A DNA stretch of 64,000 nucleotides from a virus. Where the stretch lies: the IMG/VR virus record IMGVR_UViG_3300025789_000822, positions 1 to 64,000 of that record, one strand, 5' to 3'. Positions within the stretch are counted from its first letter, which is position 1. The number at the start of each line of letters is the position of its first letter. The position numbers and the translations under genes are program-made. Below are positions 50,504 through 60,072 of the stretch, piece by piece. A model generated the notes under the pieces. The model did no database searches. It saw nothing but the letters and a program-made list of their open reading frames with translations, and had not been told where the DNA came from.

Positions 50504-51190
50504 TTATAGGAATTTTGTGTAGTATTCTTCTAGTTTTCTAAACCATAAGTCTGTGTATTTGTCAAACTCAGCACCTTCAACAATAAATTCCTGATAGATA
50601 AAGTCTGCACTACACATAAAAATCACGCCCTTGCGAATCTTTGTTCCCCAAACTTCATTATGTGCGTTAGCATATGCGGCTGTTTGAATGAAGTAGTCAT
50701 CAATCCATTCACGTTTTTTGGGCTTGTTGGTCTGCTTATGATCCATGATCGCTTCATCACCGTCATGCACTCCTACTAAGTCTGTTGTCCCTGCATAGAC
50801 TTGTGGGAAGTACAAACTAACTTCTGTGCCCCAGTATTCATTGCATTTGCTAAGACCTTGATAGATGATGTTTTCTGCCATTCTATGACTTTGCACACTA
50901 TATGGATTGCTACCAGGAATACCAAGTTTATCGGTTTTGATGTAATCTTCGAGCCACTTGTGCATACGTGTACCGCGCCCTGCAGCCTCAGTAGTAATCT
51001 CTTGTGCTTTTTGTACACCTACACGTTTGCGCCAGTTTTGTAATGCTTGTTTGCTTTCTTCTGACTTAGTAGCGTCCAAAATAGTTGTTACACTAGGAAC
51101 TTTGTATCCATCGGGAGTAACGTATTTACGTGATCCATCGATAGTTTCTCGTTTTAATTGTACATAATTGTACTTATTTGTCAAGGCCAT
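50504..51190 (-). CDS. PD-(D/E)XK exonuclease
   Basis: VPSVTTIL, RGT.MH..LE, EV.LY, YAGTTDLV, DHK, YF.Q.AAYA.AHNE. Confidence 0.85.
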   Translation of the reverse strand: MALTNKYNYVQLKRETIDGSRKYVTPDGYKVPSVTTILDATKSEESKQALQNWRKRVGVQKAQEITTEAAGRGTRMHKWLEDYIKTDKLGIPGSNPYSVQSHRMAENIIYQGLSKCNEYWGTEVSLYFPQVYAGTTDLVGVHDGDEAIMDHKQTNKPKKREWIDDYFIQTAAYANAHNEVWGTKIRKGVIFMCSADFIYQEFIVEGAEFDKYTDLWFRKLEEYYTKFL

Positions 51191-51986
51191 ATTTATATTC
51201 TAATCCCATTTCTTTTCTATACCATTGATTAGTTGACTCAAAATGTCTTTTATACTCTGTAGGATAATCTTTTAATGACAAAAAGTTACCCTGTATAGCT
51301 TTTATTTCCCCGTAAATACTAACTAATTGCTCATAGATAAAATCTGCTAATACAACTTGTGCTTGCTTTCCGTGATGTGCCTTATCTAACGCTTTTGGAT
51401 AGCATGAAGTTATTTCTGAAAAATCTTTTAATCTGCAAACATCGGTATCTACTCGTGATCTTAATCCAATATAATTTTGATTAATATAATCCCTGGTATT
51501 TGAACTTTTATCTGGAAAATAATCTGACGTAAGATAAGGTATGCTATGTGATTTAAAAAGGTTTATAATAGAGTCCCAATATATTAACTTGCGAACTTCA
51601 CTCTTCAATATCCCCACATCATCTAGTTGTTCAAATATAGGTTTAGCTACCAAGGTCGTTTCTTCGGTGTCTAAAAAAGAAATAGTATGATAATCTTGTA
51701 TTTTTTCTTTTGCAAAATTAATTAGATATTCTTCTCGTCTAGTATTTTGTGACATTGCAACAATGAATAAGGGCTTGCTATTCGTAGTTAGATTTTTATA
51801 AAAATATTCAAATGTTCTACGGTGTATACCGTCATTACCTGATCCAGGTATGGCAAGATTGACAATAGGTACGCCTAACTTATCTGCAACTAGTTTAGGC
51901 CAACCTTCATTGGGCGGATCGTATAATGCTTGGCAATACGTAAAACTACAGCCCACTGTTACTAAATGTGTAATTTCTGTCGTCAT
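51174..51986 (-). CDS. SGNH/GDSL-like hydrolase or acyltransferase
   Basis: VGCSFT, WP.LVA..LG.P.VNLA.PGSGN, DKAH (DxxH). Confidence 0.62.
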   Translation of the reverse strand: MTTEITHLVTVGCSFTYCQALYDPPNEGWPKLVADKLGVPIVNLAIPGSGNDGIHRRTFEYFYKNLTTNSKPLFIVAMSQNTRREEYLINFAKEKIQDYHTISFLDTEETTLVAKPIFEQLDDVGILKSEVRKLIYWDSIINLFKSHSIPYLTSDYFPDKSSNTRDYINQNYIGLRSRVDTDVCRLKDFSEITSCYPKALDKAHHGKQAQVVLADFIYEQLVSIYGEIKAIQGNFLSLKDYPTEYKRHFESTNQWYRKEMGLEYKYGLDK

Positions 51987-52312
51987 TGAACTCTAAAACT
52001 TTCCCCACACCCACAACGATCTCGTTCATTGGGATTGTTAAACTCAAAGCCTTCATTGAGGCCCTTTCTAACATAATCTATTTCCATACCTTCAACATAA
52101 ACTAAGTCTCTACCATTAATATAGACATTAGCACCGTGATTTTCATATTTGAACCAATCACGTGTAATTGGTTCTTGATCCATATATTCTAATACATAGG
52201 CCATTCCACTGCAACCTGTAGTTTTGACACCAATATGAATACCCACGCCTTTACCACGCTTTGCTAACTGTTGTTTGATTTTTTTGGCTGCAGATTCTGT
52301 TATTGTAAGCAT
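51983..52312 (-). CDS. iscA: Fe-S cluster A-type carrier protein
   Basis: GVKTTGCSGMAY, IDY...GLNEGFEFNNPN...CGCGESF. Confidence 0.95.
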   Translation of the reverse strand: MLTITESAAKKIKQQLAKRGKGVGIHIGVKTTGCSGMAYVLEYMDQEPITRDWFKYENHGANVYINGRDLVYVEGMEIDYVRKGLNEGFEFNNPNERDRCGCGESFRVQ

Positions 52313-52317
52313 GAAGA

Positions 52318-52368
52318 TATTTATTTTATCCTAACATGCAGTATATAACAATTGTTTGCGAAAGTCTA
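52318..52368 (-). promoter_or_regulatory. sigma70-like and late promoters for the iscA operon
   Basis: TAGACT-17 nt-TATACT (52340-52368) and TAAATA (52318-52323), the latter 5 nt before ATG. Confidence 0.55.
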
Positions 52369-52378
52369 GTATTATGGA

Positions 52379-52714
52379 TTATTTGTTTAGCGCATTTTGC
52401 GCCATTTGAGCAACGACTTTCTTTTGGTCGTCAGCTTGAGCAGGTTCAGCGTTTGGTGATTCAGGCTGACCTTTGAATGTGATTTTATCACCTTGTATGT
52501 TAGTGATAACTGATTTTAGTGGGGGAACCTTAATCATGTTGTACAAGTCATTCTTGTCAAGGATAAGGTTATATTTTTGGAAATAGTTCAATAGGTCATC
52601 TACGGAAAAATCAGGGGGAATTTCTCCCTGATCTAATCCTTGTTGTAGTTGTCGTGTTAGTGCTACAAGTTTTGTAACAGTAGCACTATCCTGATCGAAC
52701 TCAAATAATCGCAT
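52379..52714 (-). CDS. Probable head-internal protein
   Basis: MRLFE^F N-terminus. Confidence 0.5.
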   Translation of the reverse strand: MRLFEFDQDSATVTKLVALTRQLQQGLDQGEIPPDFSVDDLLNYFQKYNLILDKNDLYNMIKVPPLKSVITNIQGDKITFKGQPESPNAEPAQADDQKKVVAQMAQNALNK

Positions 52715-52716
52715 GA

Positions 52717-53409
52717 TTATCTTTTTAGTCTACCGATACTTCCGGCTGGTTCTTCTTCTTCGGGTTCTGGTGGAGTTTCTGCGGTTAAGCCTGGCTCTTC
52801 ATCTGGCATTTCCATACCAAGATCAGCGCCATCTTCTTCACCTGCTGTTGGCATAGGTTCGCCAATTTCACCACCGAAGTCTGCACCGCCTTGACCAGTA
52901 ATGCTATTCAATGCACTCTTTAAGCCTTGTTCGCTTTGCGTCAATGCAGCCTGCAATGAAGTCAATGCTTCATTTGCTTGACCAGTGAATTGTTCACTTT
53001 CGTTAACTCCAATTTCACTTTGGATGCTGTCAGACAATGCTGGTAGTTCTTTAACTAGCATATCGCTAACTTGTTCAATCATTTTACGCACTGAATCAAC
53101 TAAGTCTTGTGCAGCCAAAACAACTTGTGATTTTTCTACTTCTTCGTTTTCAAATACGATACGAGGACTAGGTCTACGCAATAGTTGTGCAAAATGACTT
53201 GACAATGCTTGTTCCATGAATACTAATTTCATGTATGCAGGACTGTGTTGGTTACTTGCTTGTCTTGATTCTTTGATAAGACCGTGAACTCTGTTTAACA
53301 TAGTTTGGGTCTTGATCTTGTCCAAGTTTGAAACATCGAAATTAAATTCGAAATTTTGTTTCAATGCAGTAGACGCATAATTTTTTGTTTCTAGGTCGTT
53401 TAGTCTCAT
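52717..53409 (-). CDS. Probable prohead core/scaffold-like protein
   Basis: MRLNDLE, coiled coil, acidic Pro/Glu tail, late promoter at 53434-53439. Confidence 0.5.
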   Translation of the reverse strand: MRLNDLETKNYASTALKQNFEFNFDVSNLDKIKTQTMLNRVHGLIKESRQASNQHSPAYMKLVFMEQALSSHFAQLLRRPSPRIVFENEEVEKSQVVLAAQDLVDSVRKMIEQVSDMLVKELPALSDSIQSEIGVNESEQFTGQANEALTSLQAALTQSEQGLKSALNSITGQGGADFGGEIGEPMPTAGEEDGADLGMEMPDEEPGLTAETPPEPEEEEPAGSIGRLKR

Positions 53410-53439
53410 GGTTGTTATTCCGTGTTGATTATATATTTA

Positions 53440-53931
53440 TCACAATTTCTTAAAACTCGGGGTTTTGTCAAACTTACGATTTTGAATATATCTTGATTTA
53501 TTTATGAAGGTTTGTAACTCTTCCGTAAGTAATCGTTTTTTTCGTGAATCTTCTTCCCATTTAATGGTATAAATTAGTTTGGACTCAGCATTTTTTGCTT
53601 TTTTTGCTAGTTTTTTATGTATTTGAATGTTCAAATCATTACTAGATAATTTTAAATCTAATTCTAATACTTTGCCGGCTTCTCTGTAATATCGGTCATT
53701 GTCTAATGTACACCAAACCACTGCATTTTTTATAGAAAAGAATTCATATTGTTGGTCATAAGGTTTAATAAAAGTCACCAAAAAGCCACTTTGAGTTTTA
53801 GTGATTTTATATTTGCTAAACAATTCATATGAACCGTCATCTACTGGAATAACTATAACATCTTTTAAGTCATCAGGTATAAGTTGTTTATTAATAAACT
53901 GATCTATCTTTAATTTCTTTACATTCTTCAT
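53440..53931 (-). CDS. Hypothetical protein
   Basis: 163-aa ORF coupled (ATGA) to the upstream gene. Confidence 0.6.
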   Translation of the reverse strand: MKNVKKLKIDQFINKQLIPDDLKDVIVIPVDDGSYELFSKYKITKTQSGFLVTFIKPYDQQYEFFSIKNAVVWCTLDNDRYYREAGKVLELDLKLSSNDLNIQIHKKLAKKAKNAESKLIYTIKWEEDSRKKRLLTEELQTFINKSRYIQNRKFDKTPSFKKL

Positions 53932-54371
53932 AGTACCTCAAAATGAATGTTTTTAAGTTCCGGTGTTATGTCTAAAAATGCAGGAGTTACATCATATTGA
54001 CCTTTGCATTTAATCATCGGTACACCTTCACAGTCTGTGTATAATGCCCCTAGGGGAATTATTCCGTTCTCAAATACGCTTGGATGTTGAATTTCAAATT
54101 CAAACTTCCAAACTGAGTATTTCTTATCTTCTTCTTGTTCATAAAAGAAACCAAATTGATCAAATTCATCAAAACGTATTTCTGTTTTATAAGGTACTTT
54201 AACTACTTCAGGTTGACTACGTAGTGATATTACTTGTAGTATGGTGTCATAGTTACATTGTGTATTTCTATCATGTATCCATGATTCTACGTTGTCGCCC
54301 ACAGGCTTAGACCTGTTCATTACTCCTGTTTGAGTAATATCAAAAAGCGTATAACAACATATGCGGTACAT
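53928..54371 (-). CDS. Hypothetical protein (late, leaderless)
   Basis: Start probably ATG 54371 (MYRICCY), 5 nt after TAAATA. Confidence 0.6.
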   Translation of the reverse strand: MYRICCYTLFDITQTGVMNRSKPVGDNVESWIHDRNTQCNYDTILQVISLRSQPEVVKVPYKTEIRFDEFDQFGFFYEQEEDKKYSVWKFEFEIQHPSVFENGIIPLGALYTDCEGVPMIKCKGQYDVTPAFLDITPELKNIHFEVL

Positions 54372-54389
54372 AATGTTATTTAGAGCCAT

Positions 54390-54425
54390 AAAAAAACCCG
54401 AGAATTTAATCTCGGGTTAGTTTTT
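54390..54425 (-). terminator. Rho-independent terminator
   Basis: AACCCGAGA-atttaa-TCTCGGGTT with flanking A/T tracts. Confidence 0.82.
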
Positions 54426-54440
54426 AGTTACAAACTAAAA

Positions 54441-54857
54441 TTAAGCGCCGTAAACTGTAGTGAACGTAGCTGCGTTTGTACCAGTTGTTGTGTTAGCAAC
54501 TGAAGCTGAAGTCAAAGCTGCATTAACAGCAGCAACAACGTTGGCACCAGCTGAACCGTCTACTGACCAAGCACCTGTTGGATATGTTGCGAATGCAAAT
54601 GTATCTGAAGTTGTGTTTGTATATTCGTAGATATAGATTGTTGCCAATTGTTGAACTGTTTCAATGATAACGTTAGCTTGTGTAGCACTGAAGTGTGTAC
54701 CTGAAGCGGCCGTAATTGTCATGAAGTCTAGTTTTGGACCTTGTGGTTGAACAACGTAACCAGAATCGATTGCGTTAACACCTGGGTTTGTGTAACCAGG
54801 GTAGTCTAAGTTGAATACTGGATAGAAGTCACCGTTCGTGCGTGTAAATTGTGCCAT
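54441..54857 (-). CDS. Small, probably abundant structural protein
   Basis: Monocistronic: own late promoter, 5' hairpin TGAAGC/GCTTCA, AAGGA SD and terminator. A/T/N-rich. Confidence 0.55.
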   Translation of the reverse strand: MAQFTRTNGDFYPVFNLDYPGYTNPGVNAIDSGYVVQPQGPKLDFMTITAASGTHFSATQANVIIETVQQLATIYIYEYTNTTSDTFAFATYPTGAWSVDGSAGANVVAAVNAALTSASVANTTTGTNAATFTTVYGA

Positions 54858-54940
54858 TTTTGAAAATTCCTTAATGTTTGTTGAAGCCTACTGCTTCATA
54901 CATTTATTTATGCCTGGCACAAAAAAATGATGGTTTTGGA

Positions 54941-56098
54941 TTATCTTCCGGCTAGATTTTGACGACTAAAGCCCATTCTATCTACGAACTTAAGACCGTT
55001 TGCAACGAAACCTTCTTGAGTTTCAGTACCGTCTTGTAAGAATCCTTTAACAGGGCTAGACTTTGCTGCATGGTCTAATTGTTTCACTACATCCATTTTT
55101 AGATTATAGATAGCAACCCAAATCTTAAATGCACCCATGACACCTTGTTTGTTAACCTTAAGGTGTTCCATGATCTTTTCTTTCATCTTATCTGTCATGG
55201 GTCTTGATTCTACATATTCTATAAAACCATTGTATAGATTACTTAAGTTACCTGATACAATACGTTTGTTAATATACGTAGTAAATAGTTGGTTGAATGT
55301 ATTACGTGCTTGTGGGGCAGTATTCATTAAGTCTTTTACTGCGGCACCATATGTGTTTAGTTCTTTGATGGCAGTGTTCTTTAATTTGTCATTGATTCCC
55401 AAGTTAGGCGTGATTGGCATTTTACTTGGAATAATAGCAACATTACTATTGTTCTTTAAGTTACCAATGCTACCGTCAAGACTTGATGCTTCATCAGTAG
55501 TAATTGCATTTGCAGGAATAAATTGGTGAACTGCAATTCCTGCATCTTTTCCAGCAATTAATTTTCCAACTTCACTGTTTGCATTTACCGCATAAGCAAT
55601 ACCATTTGGATTTGCTTTGAATCTATAAACGCCCTTGTCATCTTTCAATGGCTTGCTGAATAACAAATCACCCCAGTAATAACCATTGCCACCGCGATCT
55701 GCTTGTTCTAATCCAGGCCAAATAGTAGAAATTAATCCATATAAATCGCCGCGGTTAACCCCTCTGGCTGCATCATATTGTACAAACTCTTCTGGACTGA
55801 ATACTTGGCGGCCCGAACCGTCTTTCTTGTTGAACATATGTTTGTCCATGATACTAAATTTACCATTGGGGCCACGACCAAAAATCAATGCAGGATAACC
55901 ATCCCACTTAATAGTAATTGCGTTTGGATTACTTACAGTTCTTTCAATGGCATCAATTGCTTGTCTAGCACCTTCTTCATCATTCAAGAATACTAAATCC
56001 TCAGGATGGTCTAAGTGGCCTTTAGCCTCTTTAATAACTACACGGTCAATATTGTCTAATTGACTTTTTAGTTTCGCCAATGATTCTGATAAGTTCAT
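54941..56098 (-). CDS. KxDG-motif ligase/nucleotidyltransferase-fold protein (DUF6267-like)
   Basis: HLDHPEDL, TIKWDGYPALIFG, YWGDLLF, PN.I.Y, QEGFV, KFVDR..FS..N. Confidence 0.6.
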   Translation of the reverse strand: MNLSESLAKLKSQLDNIDRVVIKEAKGHLDHPEDLVFLNDEEGARQAIDAIERTVSNPNAITIKWDGYPALIFGRGPNGKFSIMDKHMFNKKDGSGRQVFSPEEFVQYDAARGVNRGDLYGLISTIWPGLEQADRGGNGYYWGDLLFSKPLKDDKGVYRFKANPNGIAYAVNANSEVGKLIAGKDAGIAVHQFIPANAITTDEASSLDGSIGNLKNNSNVAIIPSKMPITPNLGINDKLKNTAIKELNTYGAAVKDLMNTAPQARNTFNQLFTTYINKRIVSGNLSNLYNGFIEYVESRPMTDKMKEKIMEHLKVNKQGVMGAFKIWVAIYNLKMDVVKQLDHAAKSSPVKGFLQDGTETQEGFVANGLKFVDRMGFSRQNLAGR

Positions 56099-57438
56099 AC
56101 TGCTCTGCGAATCTTACGTTTTGATTCAGCTACCTTAAGATTTGGAGTTTTAGCTTGTGGTTCTGCCTGCGGATTATTTGTTGCCTGATTGCCGGCCGCT
56201 ACCTTAGGAGGTTCTGCATTGGGTGCTTTTGCTACTTGCAACGATTTAACTAATTGATTATATGCTTCAACATCAAGTTGTGACAACTGTTTTAGTTGTT
56301 TTTTAATTTCAGATGCTAATTGAAAACTATTTGACTGACCACCTGCTTGTGCTCCTGCTTGTGCTCCTGCTTGTGCACCTGTTTGAGTGGTAGACTGTGA
56401 TTGAGCAGTGGGTTGTGCCTGCGTAGTTTGTTGACCTTGTTGTGTGCCAGGGGCTTGTGATTGAGATTGACCTTTGGCTGCATTTCCACCTGCTTGTTGT
56501 ACCGCATAAGCAATACCAGCTAGGGTGTTCAATGCGGCTTGTGCAGACTTACCTACTTTGTTTCCGTCTTGCGCAATAGCTTTATCGAGTTGATTAATTG
56601 CATTGTTTACATCTTGTTCTTCATCTCCGTAACCAACATTGCCCATGAAGTTTTTAAACCATTCTTGCATATATTGACCAACTGTTTTACCCTCAGTGAT
56701 CATACTTTCAAAAATATTGTTTAATTTCAAATACTTAGTTTCAGCAATATAATAAGTTTTTCCTTCTTTGAGAACACCTAGTCCTAATTGTTTCCATGTA
56801 ATACCAACAGACTCAAGTAGTTTATTGATAAAATAGATTCTCCAGGCTTCGCTCATAGTCTGTCCTGCTTTTATACGATTAATAGCACTATTTGCAAAGT
56901 TAGGATCAGGATTACCCTTCTTGATAATCTGTTGAACTGTTGCTACACCATTTTCCCACTCAGGATATCCCTTACGATCTGCCATGTAGTTGACTAATTC
57001 TTTAGTCAAGGCCATTTTTTGATTCTTATCTTGTGTAGCATTAATTGCTTTAGCCGCACCCTGAATATATGAGTTCATATTCTGAGTAGTTTGAACTTGT
57101 TGATTATACTTGCCAACAGCCTTACTTGTATCTGGTTTAGCTTTAACTGCTGTTGGTTGAGGCGCAGTTGCCGGTGCCCCTGGTTGATTTGGTTCAGGAG
57201 TTACAGTACTAGGGTTAACTTGAGTTGCTCCGGCACCTGATGCGCCACCGGGAGTAATCAATCCACTGTTGATACCTGTATTCAATGCATTGGCTGCATT
57301 GGCTACAAAGTTTTTCATAAAGATGTCTTGGGCTCTATTTGATTGTTTTGTTTGAGGATCAGCAAATGCACCCTTAACTTTACCGGCTAGATCACCGAAA
57401 AAACCTTCTTCAATATCTTTAAATTCATTTAGTTTCAT
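56095..57438 (-). CDS. Probable head-internal protein
   Basis: MKLNE^F...IEE^G, with LLE/LKE/IFE/ITE/VAE sites and Q/A-rich linkers. Confidence 0.55.
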   Translation of the reverse strand: MKLNEFKDIEEGFFGDLAGKVKGAFADPQTKQSNRAQDIFMKNFVANAANALNTGINSGLITPGGASGAGATQVNPSTVTPEPNQPGAPATAPQPTAVKAKPDTSKAVGKYNQQVQTTQNMNSYIQGAAKAINATQDKNQKMALTKELVNYMADRKGYPEWENGVATVQQIIKKGNPDPNFANSAINRIKAGQTMSEAWRIYFINKLLESVGITWKQLGLGVLKEGKTYYIAETKYLKLNNIFESMITEGKTVGQYMQEWFKNFMGNVGYGDEEQDVNNAINQLDKAIAQDGNKVGKSAQAALNTLAGIAYAVQQAGGNAAKGQSQSQAPGTQQGQQTTQAQPTAQSQSTTQTGAQAGAQAGAQAGGQSNSFQLASEIKKQLKQLSQLDVEAYNQLVKSLQVAKAPNAEPPKVAAGNQATNNPQAEPQAKTPNLKVAESKRKIRRAV

Positions 57439-57673
57439 CTTTTTTCCTCAAAGTCTTTGCAAATCTTGCTTGATCCTTGCCCTTGATAGCACTTATAAGT
57501 TTTTTCTCTAAAAGTTCAGCCTTTTCAGGAGAATAATGACGGCTCATTAATTCAATTAGATTGATAGCACTAGTGATAATGTTAGAGGCTCGGGATTCGA
57601 TGACATGATTAATGTCACGTTTTTCCCCAATCGATTGTAATTCTTCTAAGAGGCTCTTGGTCTTTTTTTGCAT
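57425..57673 (-). CDS. Hypothetical protein
   Basis: 82-aa ORF after the late promoter at 57693-57698. Confidence 0.6.
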   Translation of the reverse strand: MQKKTKSLLEELQSIGEKRDINHVIESRASNIITSAINLIELMSRHYSPEKAELLEKKLISAIKGKDQARFAKTLRKKDETK

Positions 57674-57713
57674 AGCATAGGATCCTATAGTGTATTTAGT
57701 CTAAATGACAAAT

Positions 57714-59117
57714 TTATTTCTTAAGTGAGTTTAGCAACATTTTGAGTTTTGCACTCTGTACATCTGCAACCACACGTTTTTCTTCAGGTTCTACAGTATC
57801 ATGCACTGCTTGATTTACTGATCCTACTTGACTTGTTGTTTTGATCCTATTTAAAATTTCATTAGATGAAGGTTGTTCTCTAGTTTGTTCCGAGTCACTA
57901 TCACTAATACGCATAGTTTCGATATTGTAATCCAAATCAATCTTTTGACCAACACCCGTTGAACTACGACTTTTCATACATTGAATCTGATACTTACCAC
58001 GCTCACGCATACTACGGCTTGTAAAAATACCAAACACATAGTCAGCAGTATTAATCTTACTAATACCACCTGCAATGTGACTATGATCAAACTCGATTTC
58101 TTCCACAGCACTACGATTTAACTGACTTGCAGTAATCATTAATAATCCAAGTTCTTTTGCTAGATTACGTAATTCTTCAGCCACATACTTGTCCTTAACG
58201 AACTGATCAGTTGGGCTGACTTTAACACTAACCGGCATAACCAAGTCCAAATAGTCAATCATAACAAAGTCAACTTTAATACCTGTTTGAATCTGTACTT
58301 CTTTTAAGTATGCACGAATATCGTTGACGTTGCTTTGCGCAGGCAATGATTTAACACGATATTTACCTGCTCTGCTACCATGCATCTTGACTTTGATAGT
58401 TGCATCGTCAATGTCTTTGCGAATGTCTTTTGTGCCCATGTTAGTCAACATCGCATCAGTACGCAAACTAGTAAGTTCTTCACTCAATTCAAGTGTGACA
58501 TAAACACCACTTAATCCTTGTTGCAACCAGTTCAATGCACTATTCATCATGACTAATGATTTACCTGATCCTGAGCCACCTGCAAAGATGTTTAATTCAC
58601 CTCTACTCATGCCACCATACATAATACGATCAAGTTGTGGCCAGCCAGTACTTACTTGACCACCTTGATTGAAATAACGATTCAATCGATCCTTGGGGTC
58701 AGCAAAGTAATCAGTACCCATGTCACGTTGCAAACTGATTTGTACAGCATCTTTGATTAGTTTTTCAACTGGATCAAAGTCACCCTTCTCCAACATGTCT
58801 GCTGCCTTGAGAATAGCACGTTCAAGTTCTTGGCGCTTTGTGAATTGTTCAAATTCTTCTAAGAACCAATCATAATGCCCACTGTCTAGTTCTGCAACTG
58901 TGTCAATTTCTACCCCAGTCGTTGCTTTAATCTGCGTAGGATCGGGAATAACATTATATTTCTTGCTATGTTCAACAATAAATTCTGCGACCGGGCGCAA
59001 TCTACGGTCAAAGTTTTCTGGATTTATAATGTTGATGACACGTGTATACAATTCTGCGTTCGTAACCATCATGCGCAAAAACAATGTTTGCACATCTGTG
59101 TTATAATCTTTTATCAA
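57714..59117 (-). CDS. Replicative DNA helicase (DnaB/gp41-like)
   Basis: STGW..LD, GGSGSGKS, VYVTLELSE, IDYLDL, TASQLNR, KSR. Confidence 0.92.
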   Translation of the reverse strand: MIKDYNTDVQTLFLRMMVTNAELYTRVINIINPENFDRRLRPVAEFIVEHSKKYNVIPDPTQIKATTGVEIDTVAELDSGHYDWFLEEFEQFTKRQELERAILKAADMLEKGDFDPVEKLIKDAVQISLQRDMGTDYFADPKDRLNRYFNQGGQVSTGWPQLDRIMYGGMSRGELNIFAGGSGSGKSLVMMNSALNWLQQGLSGVYVTLELSEELTSLRTDAMLTNMGTKDIRKDIDDATIKVKMHGSRAGKYRVKSLPAQSNVNDIRAYLKEVQIQTGIKVDFVMIDYLDLVMPVSVKVSPTDQFVKDKYVAEELRNLAKELGLLMITASQLNRSAVEEIEFDHSHIAGGISKINTADYVFGIFTSRSMRERGKYQIQCMKSRSSTGVGQKIDLDYNIETMRISDSDSEQTREQPSSNEILNRIKTTSQVGSVNQAVHDTVEPEEKRVVADVQSAKLKMLLNSLKK

Positions 59118-60072
59118 GTTTTCTCCTACTCATCTCTACTTTAATTTTACTAGTAGTTGCGTTTTGCAATATACTTAGTAGTGTTGGCAATCTACCATAT
59201 TTAACCACAGCATCGTTAACGTCTTTGATATTGTCAGCCCAATCAGGAATACTAACAAAAAATCCCAAGTCTAATGCTCTATCACATATCTCTAAACCAG
59301 GCTTATCATGATCAGGCACTACAATGATTTTTCTGTTAAGGCTTCTCAATATCTGTACCTGATCGTCATTGATTGCGTTGTGTGTTAGTGCACAGCCATT
59401 GATACTAAGTGCATCAAAAATACCTTCTACTACAATACAAACTTCCCATTCAGGTTTTTGAAAGTCATAACCAAACACATATCCCGATTGTTGTTCATTG
59501 ATAAACTTAGGCTTTCTGTCGTCTAAGAATCTACTAGTATGTCCTACAATCTTGTTGTTATGTGTAAAGGGGATAATAATACGATTATTATATCTTCCTT
59601 CAGCGTCAGGTGTTACCATAAAGGGATAATCTGTTGGTTGCACCCCACGTTTTTTCAAGTAGTCTGTATATACCTTATGTCTGTGATTATTAGCATCAAC
59701 CAGTTCAGCATCAGGTAGTTCCATTTCTTTGAACTTAACCCTGCTTTTTATTTTTTTAACTTGTATAAGGTCCAATACATCTTTGTTTTGCAGGCTTTCT
59801 AAATTCCAACGATTGATTTGGTTGTCATCTATCCCACACCAAGACAAAAATTGTCGTGTGTTCTTTGTTAGGCTTTTGCCCAATGAGAAACCACATTTGA
59901 AGTTACAATTGAAACAATGAAATGACCAATTAGTTCCATCTGATTTGATACCACCGCGCATACGACGGTCAACTGAATGCCCACGATTGTGGCAGCATGG
60001 TGCATTAAAACTATGCCAGCCACTTTGTGTTAATTTTTTCTTACCCGGAATGACCGTTAGGATATCAAACAT
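59101..60072 (-). CDS. DNA primase (gp61/DnaG-like)
   Basis: Zn domain (PCC...FHCFNC), YLKKRG, RIIIPF, TOPRIM motifs VEGIFDA and PDHDKPG, KDVND. Confidence 0.9.
   Translation of the reverse strand: MFDILTVIPGKKKLTQSGWHSFNAPCCHNRGHSVDRRMRGGIKSDGTNWSFHCFNCNFKCGFSLGKSLTKNTRQFLSWCGIDDNQINRWNLESLQNKDVLDLIQVKKIKSRVKFKEMELPDAELVDANNHRHKVYTDYLKKRGVQPTDYPFMVTPDAEGRYNNRIIIPFTHNNKIVGHTSRFLDDRKPKFINEQQSGYVFGYDFQKPEWEVCIVVEGIFDALSINGCALTHNAINDDQVQILRSLNRKIIVVPDHDKPGLEICDRALDLGFFVSIPDWADNIKDVNDAVVKYGRLPTLLSILQNATTSKIKVEMSRRKLDKRL

Noticed and set aside
50504-51190. Cas4 of a CRISPR system
   Set aside because: It lacks the four-Cys Fe-S motif and any cas context. It is an ordinary phage PD-(D/E)XK exonuclease.
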